From an uncultured Pseudobdellovibrionaceae bacterium (lineage in GTDB: Bacteria; Bdellovibrionota; Bdellovibrionia; Bdellovibrionales; JAGQZY01), in contig CAYMBT010000001.1 of the NCBI GenBank assembly GCA_964388755.1, positions 1 through 34,481 of the forward strand: a stretch of DNA of 34,481 nt, written 5' to 3'. Shown piece by piece: positions 10,001 to 16,853 of this stretch. Under the pieces are notes generated by a model, which was not told where the DNA came from, did not search any database, and was given only the letters and a program-made list of their open reading frames with translations. The position numbers and the translations under genes are program-made. Position 1 is the stretch's first letter; the number at the start of each line of letters is the position of its first letter.

Positions 10001-10684
10001 TTAAAATTTGTTTTTTTTCAGTTGTTGGCGAATCTCTTGGTAGATTTTTGCATAATGCCAGGCTTTGGGTAAGTCAGCGGCCTGATGGTGATCGGGCATG
10101 AGCTCTAATTCTCCGGTTGAAATTAAAAGATCTCTCACCTTTTGGTTTTGCCTCACTTTTTCAATCATCACTTCACGGATGAGTAAGTAAAAAGGGCTCT
10201 CTCCTTTTTGCCGATAGATCATTCGTTGGGAATTAAAACTGACCCAAGGGATATTATTTTTTTTCATCACAAGGCTTGCAAAGTCCCCAGCACGCTTGGC
10301 TTTTATGCCCACCATTTGCTCGACTTCCGCTCTTGTATAGGGCCAATGGGCTAAAGAGTATCTTGGATCTTTATCGTTCTCAGGAAACTTCGTGGCCTGC
10401 CAAAAACCTTCAACACTTTGATACATTTTTCCGCGAAAAACAAAGGGGGTTTCAGCAAAGTTTGAAAGCAGACCAAGTTCGTTACGCTTTGAGAGTATGA
10501 CTTGGGGCGCTTGTGCTTCTTGGGGTAAGATCTCCCACCCCGGCTTATCTTTATCATGGACACTGTCCCACCAATGCTTTGGATAAGTATGATGAACACA
10601 ACTTAAAAAAACAAAGGACGAGGCAATGATAAAAAGAGACTTAAAATTCATTTTAAAGAGTCTTACGGTGCTCGCGAACCACAT
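10001..10684 (-). CDS. NADAR (YbiA/DUF1768) domain protein with an N-terminal signal peptide
   Basis: LLSNFAETPFVFRGKMYQSVEGFWQATKF and KVRQNQKVRDLLISTGELELM match the NADAR family pattern. The N-terminus is hydrophobic (FKSLFIIASSFVFLSC). Start is either 10684 (GAAGGA SD, 32-nt overlap with the upstream gene) or 10651 (one nt after the upstream TAA). Confidence 0.72.
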   Translation of the reverse strand: MWFASTVRLFKMNFKSLFIIASSFVFLSCVHHTYPKHWWDSVHDKDKPGWEILPQEAQAPQVILSKRNELGLLSNFAETPFVFRGKMYQSVEGFWQATKFPENDKDPRYSLAHWPYTRAEVEQMVGIKAKRAGDFASLVMKKNNIPWVSFNSQRMIYRQKGESPFYLLIREVMIEKVRQNQKVRDLLISTGELELMPDHHQAADLPKAWHYAKIYQEIRQQLKKNKF

Positions 10685-11531
10685 TCATCAGGTCCTTCAC
10701 TTTTTGATCAATCAATGGTCCACCAGTTTTTACCGAAATAGAAGTGCCCACAATAATCATATCCAAATGGGGCAGAAGCTCAGTGGCATTTTTTATGGAG
10801 AACCCCGATCCAATGATGATGGGACTTTGGGGACTGCCTAATCGTGCTAGCTTTAAACGCTCAGGATCAGGAGCTTCTCCCGATTTGGTGGCCGTTACAA
10901 TCAGTCCATCGCTCCCACTCTCCACGGCCTTTTGGGCAGACTCTTTGAGTGAAATTTTAGGATTGATCATTCGAGAGTATTTGACTTGGATATCGGTGAG
11001 TAAAAAAATATTTTCGGCCTTGATTTTTTTTCGATAGGCTAAAACTTTTTTGGGATCTATGGGGACTCTGACTTTTCCGGCCATCACCTCGTCCACAAAA
11101 AAATCAATTCTCACAAATTTTCCGCCACTCTCTTTGGTCAGCTTTAATGTTTCCTCGGGGTAATGCCAAAGAATTTCAAAACCAATCACAAGATTTTGAC
11201 TTTGATTCACTAAGGCTTGAGCAATTTTAAGCATGGCTTGATAATATTTTTCAGTAATAACAGGTTTTAAAATTTCTCCAGCACGAAATTCAAATAAAAT
11301 GCCATCCACACCTTGTTTCTGGGCCGTTTTAATTTGCTCGAGGCCCACTTGAATGGCTTTTTGAATTTTGGCATCATCACTTAAATCTTTATCGATCATC
11401 AGGGCTGCAATAACAGGCTTTTTATTTTTAAAAAGACTTAAGACGCTCTTCTCTTGGGAATGAGCTTGAGTCAAAAAAAGAAGTGTCAAAACGACAAGTG
11501 CATTTTTGATGGTTCTATTTTTTAAGCTCAT
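10653..11531 (-). CDS. BtpA/SgcQ-like TIM-barrel protein with a signal peptide
   Basis: 292 aa with the signal peptide MSLKNRTIKNALVVLTLLFLTQAHS. The C-terminal region GSDGLIVTATKSGEAPDPERLKLAR..PIIIGSGFSIKNATELL..MIIVGTSI resembles the BtpA family. Assigned by eye. Confidence 0.55.
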   Translation of the reverse strand: MSLKNRTIKNALVVLTLLFLTQAHSQEKSVLSLFKNKKPVIAALMIDKDLSDDAKIQKAIQVGLEQIKTAQKQGVDGILFEFRAGEILKPVITEKYYQAMLKIAQALVNQSQNLVIGFEILWHYPEETLKLTKESGGKFVRIDFFVDEVMAGKVRVPIDPKKVLAYRKKIKAENIFLLTDIQVKYSRMINPKISLKESAQKAVESGSDGLIVTATKSGEAPDPERLKLARLGSPQSPIIIGSGFSIKNATELLPHLDMIIVGTSISVKTGGPLIDQKVKDLMNVVREHRKTL

Positions 11532-11539
11532 GCTCTCAC

Positions 11540-13078
11540 CTACTTATTATGCCATTTCACCGAATAAAGATCATGACGACGATCTTTTAAATTCTGGACA
11601 GCACCACTGACCCGCGCCTCTTTCAAAAGATCCATTCTCAGGTCAGCGATTGCCACCATCTCTACATTAGGGGTGGTGTCGGCTGCAATTCCATCCCGGG
11701 CAAAGGGGTAATCACAAGGAGTCAGAATACAGCTTTGAGAGTATTGAATATCCATATTATGAACTCGGGGTAAGTTACCCACATTGCCAGCCATCGCCAC
11801 ATAAACTTGGTTTTCAACCGCACGGGCCTGACAACAGTATTTGACTCGGCAATAACCCTGGCGATTATCGGTTAAAAAAGGAACAAAAAGAATTTGCATC
11901 CCTTGATTGACCAGATGGCGCGAAAGCTCTGGGAATTCACTATCGTAACAAACCAGCACTCCGATAGGACCACAATCAGTTTGAATGACTTTGACACTAT
12001 CTCCACCCTCGATATTCCACCAGTATCTTTCATCAGGTGTGGGATGGATTTTTTCTTGCTCATGGACCGAGCCATCGCGCAAACAGATGTAAGAGACGTT
12101 TCGAACTTTGTCTTTCACTTTAGTGGGATGGGATCCGGCTATGATATTGACGTTATATTTGATGGATAAATTTCTAAACAGCTCTTTAATATCTTCTGTG
12201 TAAGTTGTCATTTTTTCGATGGCCTGAGCTGGGCGAATTTGCTCGTTTTCAATAGAGAGAAGTTGCATGGTAAAGAGCTCAGGAAAAAGCAAAAAATCGG
12301 CGCGATAATCGGCGGCCACATCCACAAAATATTCAACAATTTGTGAGAATTCTTTAAAAGACGCTATCCCCCGTTGCTGGTACTGCACACAAACCACACG
12401 CACTGAATTTTGACGACTTGATGGAGACTGGGCCTGTGCCACATGGTCTTCGGCATGGTACTCTGGATTCGTCCAAAGTAAATGGATAGCAAAGCCCACG
12501 GATTCACGGTCGCTAGGAATATAGTTTTCCATGATTCCAATAACTTCAAAACCGTTTCTGATTTGAAAGCCTAAAGTGGGATCAACAATTTTTTTATCGA
12601 TAACTTGTTGAACATACTCCGCCACATCGCGAACTTTGTTTTTTCTTTTATGATAATTGGGAATTCGACCGGCAAAAACAATGCCTTTGAGTCTCTCGTA
12701 TTTCACAAGAGTTTTTCTGCGATTATAAAATCTCTCGCCAATCTTGAGACGTCTGAGTTCAGGATCCACACAGGTTTCATAACCGTAAAGGTAATCCCCT
12801 CTTTCGTCGTGGGTTGTGGCAAAGCCGCCGCCGGTGATCTCTTTCCATGTGTGATTTTTGAGGGCTTTTTCTCCACCAATTCTTAAACTGGCAGAATAGC
12901 CTACAATTTGATCATCTAATACTGCGACCAAATGACCCAGAGGATAATGGGTGATCTGACCCCGTATCATCTCTTCGGTGTAACCTGGCATATCTTTGTA
13001 AACTTTTTTGACCAGTGCAACAATGGCCGGAATATCGTTAAAGTGGGCTTCTCTGACGATCAGCTTGGTGTCTTTCAT
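11540..13078 (-). CDS. Bifunctional GNAT N-acetyltransferase / carbon-nitrogen hydrolase (nitrilase superfamily) fusion
   Basis: The N-terminal half is GNAT-like (IVREAHFNDIPAIVALVKKVY..VAVLDDQIVGY..RRLKIGERF). The C-terminal half is a C-N hydrolase with FPELF and GVLVCYDSEFPE (Glu and Cys of the catalytic triad). ATG 13078 is preceded by GAGGGAG. The ORF-track start at 13114 is the alternative. Confidence 0.85.
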   Translation of the reverse strand: MKDTKLIVREAHFNDIPAIVALVKKVYKDMPGYTEEMIRGQITHYPLGHLVAVLDDQIVGYSASLRIGGEKALKNHTWKEITGGGFATTHDERGDYLYGYETCVDPELRRLKIGERFYNRRKTLVKYERLKGIVFAGRIPNYHKRKNKVRDVAEYVQQVIDKKIVDPTLGFQIRNGFEVIGIMENYIPSDRESVGFAIHLLWTNPEYHAEDHVAQAQSPSSRQNSVRVVCVQYQQRGIASFKEFSQIVEYFVDVAADYRADFLLFPELFTMQLLSIENEQIRPAQAIEKMTTYTEDIKELFRNLSIKYNVNIIAGSHPTKVKDKVRNVSYICLRDGSVHEQEKIHPTPDERYWWNIEGGDSVKVIQTDCGPIGVLVCYDSEFPELSRHLVNQGMQILFVPFLTDNRQGYCRVKYCCQARAVENQVYVAMAGNVGNLPRVHNMDIQYSQSCILTPCDYPFARDGIAADTTPNVEMVAIADLRMDLLKEARVSGAVQNLKDRRHDLYSVKWHNK

Positions 13079-13168
13079 TGGCTCCCTCATGTTAAGAGGA
13101 CTACCTTTCCACACATCCCCCCAAAAAACAACCTTCCCTCACGCCAATGACTTGACCTTTCATTAAGA

Positions 13169-13214
13169 GACAAAGGGTGTTCTTTCTACTGGCAAAGAAA
13201 GAACACCCTTTGTC
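13169..13214. repeat. Perfect 18-bp inverted repeat (strong stem-loop) between two minus-strand operons
   Basis: gacaaagggtgttctttc (13169-13186) and gaaagaacaccctttgtc (13197-13214) are exact reverse complements with a 10-nt loop. There is no clear U-tract on either strand. Confidence 0.8.
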
Positions 13215-13249
13215 GTCTTTAATAAAAATTCTAAGTTCATTTTTAAAGT

Positions 13250-13636
13250 TTAAGAAGCTTCAAGGTCGGACGGGCGCAAGCGGTAAGCGGGAGTACGACG
13301 GTGAAGAAGCTTAATCTTTTCGCTTTTTTTTCTGCGTAATAGTTTAAGGACACTTCGCTTACATCGGTTGATTAAATTAAAAATTCGCCGACCTTTTTTA
13401 ATGACAACTGTTTGTCTCCCGTCAACGGTGGCTTGTATGGATACAGCAAAAAGATGTTTTTGTGGGGCAATAGGCTCGATACGAACTTTAAAGTCGGCAT
13501 CCAGCGGGCTGTGTTCGTAAAGATCATCCACTGCCAACTGAGCCATTTTTTGAAATCGTTCTTTAAAAACGGTTCCTTTAATAAGTGGGTTAAAGCTTTT
13601 ATTTGAAATTTCCTGGGTGTGGTTTTTCTTTCTCAT
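13250..13636 (-). CDS. Small basic protein with an HPF/RaiA-like pattern (second of a tandem pair)
   Basis: 128 aa with the strong SD TAAGGAGGT. The order of the segments (helix AQLAVDDLYE, strands FKVRIEP / LFAVSIQATVDG / TVVIKK, basic helix NRCKRSVLKLLRRKK) resembles ribosome hibernation factor topology. The function call is tentative. Confidence 0.45.
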   Translation of the reverse strand: MRKKNHTQEISNKSFNPLIKGTVFKERFQKMAQLAVDDLYEHSPLDADFKVRIEPIAPQKHLFAVSIQATVDGRQTVVIKKGRRIFNLINRCKRSVLKLLRRKKSEKIKLLHRRTPAYRLRPSDLEAS

Positions 13637-13665
13637 GGGCTTACCTCCTTAATTATTTTGTATGC

Positions 13666-13968
13666 TTATGAGACTTGAGAAAATCTTGCATCCTTCCATT
13701 GCCGCAGCTGTTTTTGAATTGAATTTTCAATGGCGTTCAGTACTAAGGCTGGGTCGGGCAACAAGGCCTCAGCCATAAAAGAACCAACGCTTGAGGTAAT
13801 TTTACAAGAGCCACGGTACTGATCGTCAAAAGGAGTTAAACTGAGTCGCACAACAGCGTCACTGGGCGAATCAAACTCAAGCTTCTCGGCTAAAAAATGA
13901 ATTTGAGTTTTTAATTCTTTACTCCAGTCGAGAGAGGAATCAAAAATAACTGAATTCTTTATTTTCAT
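13666..13968 (-). CDS. Small protein with an HPF/RaiA-like pattern (first of a tandem pair)
   Basis: 100 aa with the same upstream TAATTAAGGAGG context. MKIKNSV..ELKTQIHFLAEKLE..VVRLSLTP..GSCKITSSVGSFMAEAL..LNAIENSIQKQLRQWK follows the beta-alpha-beta-beta-beta-alpha order of short HPF. The function call is tentative. Confidence 0.45.
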   Translation of the reverse strand: MKIKNSVIFDSSLDWSKELKTQIHFLAEKLEFDSPSDAVVRLSLTPFDDQYRGSCKITSSVGSFMAEALLPDPALVLNAIENSIQKQLRQWKDARFSQVS

Positions 13969-14337
13969 AGGACCTCCTTAATTAAAATAGGGGTTGTCGT
14001 ATTTCACTGGCACTTAATAAAAGAAGTGGGAAGTCAGAAAAAAGTGGTGCAACTTTATGCCAAGGGGATCGGGGTCACGTCCATAATCAACTCTCTTTTA
14101 TTAAGATAAGTGACCCTCTAATTATAGTTAAAGTTCAAAAAACTGTCAAACCAACGACAGCTGAATCCCGTGTCTACCCTTTATGGCTTATTTAATATGA
14201 AAATCAAGCAGTGCATCCAGATATGAGACTTGTCTCAATGTTGCGATTTCTTTAAGATTCCATCACAAATTATTTATTTTTTTATTTTTGTCACAAAATG
14301 GCTACACCCATCGTATTACCCATAAGGATCATTATCA

Positions 14338-14877
14338 ATGACAACCCAAACCACCGATGAGGACCTTATGCTCGCCTACCAATGGGGTGATGAAAAAGCC
14401 TTTACAGAACTCTACCGCAGACACTCTGGTCTTGTTCTCGGCTTTTTAACGTCTAAAATCGGTGATCCGACCAAGGCCCAAGATGTGTTTCAGGGAACGT
14501 TTATCAAACTTCACCGCTCAAGAAGCCTGTATAAACCCCATTTGCCCTTTAAACCCTGGCTTTATACCCTTTGCCAAAATGAGCTTCTCGATTTTTTTAA
14601 AAAAGAGAAAAGAATCTCTCGGCAGCAAGATGATTATAAAAATGAATGGCTTCATCAACACAATGAAAACCATGAAGACTCTATGTTCACACAAGATATT
14701 GGAACTGAGGCCTTCAGTCAGCTCAGCCAAGAGCAGCAAAAAGTTTTATCTCTGCGCTATAACGAGGATCGAAGTTTTGATGAAATTGCTCTTTTACTGA
14801 ATAAAAAACCCAGCAATATTCGAAAAATTTTGAGTCGATCCCTTAAAGCCCTCAAGGATTCTTATGAAAAAAAATAA
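14338..14877 (+). CDS. ECF-type sigma-70 family RNA polymerase sigma factor
   Basis: 179 aa. Region 2 (DVFQGTFIKLHRS..FKPWLYTLCQNELLDFFKK) and region 4 (QQKVLSLRYNEDRSFDEIALLLNKKPSNIRKILSRSLKAL) are both recognisable. AAGGA SD upstream. Confidence 0.9.
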   Translation: MTTQTTDEDLMLAYQWGDEKAFTELYRRHSGLVLGFLTSKIGDPTKAQDVFQGTFIKLHRSRSLYKPHLPFKPWLYTLCQNELLDFFKKEKRISRQQDDYKNEWLHQHNENHEDSMFTQDIGTEAFSQLSQEQQKVLSLRYNEDRSFDEIALLLNKKPSNIRKILSRSLKALKDSYEKK

Positions 14878-15016
14878 GGATTATAAAGATTTTTTATCGT
14901 CAAAGCCCATTGAAGTGCCACCCTCTTTATCCCAATCCATTTTTAAAGTTGTGCAGGGTGATCTTAACCCTTCGGCTTCTATCATTTTCTCTAAAGTTTC
15001 ATTGATCCATTTTTGA
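14864..15016 (+). CDS. Anti-sigma candidate, N-terminal 50-aa segment ending at an in-frame TGA
   Basis: ATG 14864 has AAGGA 5 nt upstream and overlaps the end of the sigma gene. It reads MKKNKDYKDFLSSKPIEVPPSLSQSIFKVVQGDLNPSASIIFSKVSLIHF, then TGA at 15014-15016. It stops in the middle of a hydrophobic segment. Confidence 0.5.
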   Translation: MKKNKDYKDFLSSKPIEVPPSLSQSIFKVVQGDLNPSASIIFSKVSLIHF

Positions 15017-15391
15017 ATGGGAACAATCACTTTGTTTTTTTGCCCCCAATTTGGCCGTTCTTTGACATCTCACTCAGCGTTGATGCATTTTTTTATGCAA
15101 TGGGGTGATTTTGTTTGCATGCTCGCTTGTGGCTCTTTTTTTGTGAGCTTTAGTCTTATCCTTGCAAGCCATCTTCTTCGCCCCGAAGAACTTAAGGTTT
15201 TAAAAAAACATTCTCTTTTACAAATCACCACACTTTCGACCCTCTCCATCGGATTCTTTATTAGCTTTGGTGCTGAGGTGGTTTTTACCCTGGGGCTATT
15301 TTGGCTCATGGGATCGATCGTTGGTGGGTTAGTGACTCTTAAAATTTCAACTTTTTTGCGGGAAGCTTATTTAACCAAGGTGTGGTTATGA
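15017..15391 (+). CDS. Cys/His-rich polytopic membrane protein, in frame with 14864-15016
   Basis: 124 aa. Its ATG immediately follows the TGA in the same frame, with no SD of its own. It has 4 or more TM segments carrying CPQFG, HSALMH and CMLAC. Confidence 0.6.
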   Translation: MGTITLFFCPQFGRSLTSHSALMHFFMQWGDFVCMLACGSFFVSFSLILASHLLRPEELKVLKKHSLLQITTLSTLSIGFFISFGAEVVFTLGLFWLMGSIVGGLVTLKISTFLREAYLTKVWL

Positions 15392-16017
15392 TCAAAATTA
15401 TTTTCTCTCTTCTTGTCTTATTATTTTCTCAGAATGGGTTTGCTCATCCCGTTTCTTTTAAAGATGCCATCAGCGTCATGGGATGGAATCAATCATTTAT
15501 GACTGATCAATGGATCACCTATAGCCTCAATCACAAGATGGCTGTGGCCGCTCGAACCATGCGTATACAAACTAAAGATGAGGGCAGTCAGTTTTATTAT
15601 GGACCTCAATTTGATTATTTGCTGAAACGTTGGAACGAATTGAATTCTCAGGCCAATATTTATGTTTACGGCTCCTACGGAGTTCTTCATGGAAACCAAA
15701 GCTCTCGAGCGGCCGGACTTTTAGGCATTGAAGCCGATGCTGAAAGTCGTGTCCATTATGTTTCGGTGAAATACGAAAGAATGGAGTCTGAGTTTTCAAA
15801 AATGGATCGCTATGAAGCCCGAATGGGGGTAGCACCCTATGAGGCTGAATTTGACGAAATTGCCAGTTGGTTTATGATTCAATATCAATACCATCCGATG
15901 CTTGTTAGACAGTATGCCATCACTCCTCTGCTTCGACTTTTTTATCGCAGCGTTATGTTTGAAGGTGGGGTATCCACTGATGGTGATTGGATGATGAATT
16001 TTATGTTTCACTTTTAA
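15388..16017 (+). CDS. Signal-peptide protein, outer-membrane beta-barrel-like
   Basis: ATG 15388 forms an ATGA overlap with the upstream stop, with AAGGTG upstream. Signal peptide MIKIIFSLLVLLFSQNGFA. The body has alternating hydrophobic patterns, and the C-terminus MMNFMFHF ends in Phe as in many OMPs. Confidence 0.55.
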   Translation: MIKIIFSLLVLLFSQNGFAHPVSFKDAISVMGWNQSFMTDQWITYSLNHKMAVAARTMRIQTKDEGSQFYYGPQFDYLLKRWNELNSQANIYVYGSYGVLHGNQSSRAAGLLGIEADAESRVHYVSVKYERMESEFSKMDRYEARMGVAPYEAEFDEIASWFMIQYQYHPMLVRQYAITPLLRLFYRSVMFEGGVSTDGDWMMNFMFHF

Positions 16018-16029
16018 AAGGAGATCACA

Positions 16030-16311
16030 ATGAAAGTTTTATTATTTGTTGCCGTTTTACTGACCCAAAGTTTTGCACTGGCTGAAAATATTAATGTCAC
16101 AGTTAAAGGAATGGTCTGTTCTTTTTGCGCCCAAGGGGTGACAAAAAAATTTAAAGCCGAAGATTCGGTTGAAAAAATTGATGTCAGCCTTGAGACAAAA
16201 ATCGTCAGCATCGTGCTTAAAGATGGGAAGACCATGACTGATGAGAAGATCACAACCCTTTTGACCGACTCTGGTTATAACGTTGAAAAAATTCAAAGAG
16301 ACATCCAGTGA
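16030..16311 (+). CDS. Periplasmic heavy-metal-associated (HMA) domain protein, MerP-like
   Basis: 93 aa with an AAGGAG SD and the signal peptide MKVLLFVAVLLTQSFALA. Metal-binding loop GMVCSFCAQG, and the ferredoxin-like HMA layout. Confidence 0.8.
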   Translation: MKVLLFVAVLLTQSFALAENINVTVKGMVCSFCAQGVTKKFKAEDSVEKIDVSLETKIVSIVLKDGKTMTDEKITTLLTDSGYNVEKIQRDIQ

Positions 16312-16679
16312 AAAAAGTGATTTCGTTTCTTTCTCTTTTTACTTCTTTCGGCACACTTTTTTGCTGTGCCCTTCCTGCCCTTTTTGTGGTTCTTGGATTT
16401 GGGGCTAGCTTTGCAGGACTGGTGGGAGTCTTTCCTCAGATCATCACACTGTCCGAAAATAAAGGTGTGCTCTTTTTAGTGGGGGGAATTCTTCTTTTAC
16501 TGGCTGGCTTTTTTCAATGGAAATTTAAGGCTGAAGTTTGTCCCATTGATATGAATGACCCAACGGCCTGCCAAACCACAAAAGACTGGTCATTTAAAGT
16601 TTATCTATTTTCTTTAGGCTTGTATGGCCTGGGAGCTTTTTTTGCTTTTCTGGCCCCGGTACTCCTTGAAGCCCTATGA
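16308..16679 (+). CDS. MerT-like three-TM metal transport protein
   Basis: The GTG start forms a GTGA overlap with the upstream stop. It has a CC pair in TM1 (FGTLFCCALPALFVVLGFGASF), a second TM, a loop Cys pair (CPIDMNDPTAC) and a third TM. This is collinear with my recollection of Tn501 MerT (ASACCLGPLVLIALGFSGAW ... C..GEVC ...). Confidence 0.62.
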   Translation: MKKVISFLSLFTSFGTLFCCALPALFVVLGFGASFAGLVGVFPQIITLSENKGVLFLVGGILLLLAGFFQWKFKAEVCPIDMNDPTACQTTKDWSFKVYLFSLGLYGLGAFFAFLAPVLLEAL

Positions 16680-16853
16680 TAAATTGAGATTTGGTCAGAA
16701 ATTCTCGAGAGATTTAAGGCTAAAAGAGATTGTCGTTAGGTGAATTTTATTTTACTTCTCTTTAAAACGATGACCTGTTCTCTCCAGCGGAATGTTTTTT
16801 TTAAGTTGAATTACTTTGCCAAGCTTATTTCTGTGTGATCACATAATTGACGT

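Noticed and set aside
14048-14062. A sigma-54-like element (TGGCAT-AAAG-TTGCA on the minus strand) upstream of the HPF-like gene pair.
   Set aside because: The spacer between TGGCAT and TTGC is 4 nt instead of the required 5. Sigma-54 promoters tolerate almost no spacing change.
15014-15060. Selenocysteine or alternative-code reading of the in-frame TGA in the anti-sigma candidate.
   Set aside because: I can draw no convincing SECIS-like hairpin in the ~40 nt after the TGA. TGA clearly terminates other genes in the window (pgsA 8923-8925, 15389-15391, 16309-16311), so code 4/25-type recoding is unlikely.
14462-16296. Overlapping ORFs inside the ECF operon: 14462-14800, 14518-14739, 15070-15309, 15493-16011, 16014-16253 and 16057-16296.
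   Set aside because: All lie in shadow frames of genes that have recognisable motifs, signal peptides and SD sequences.
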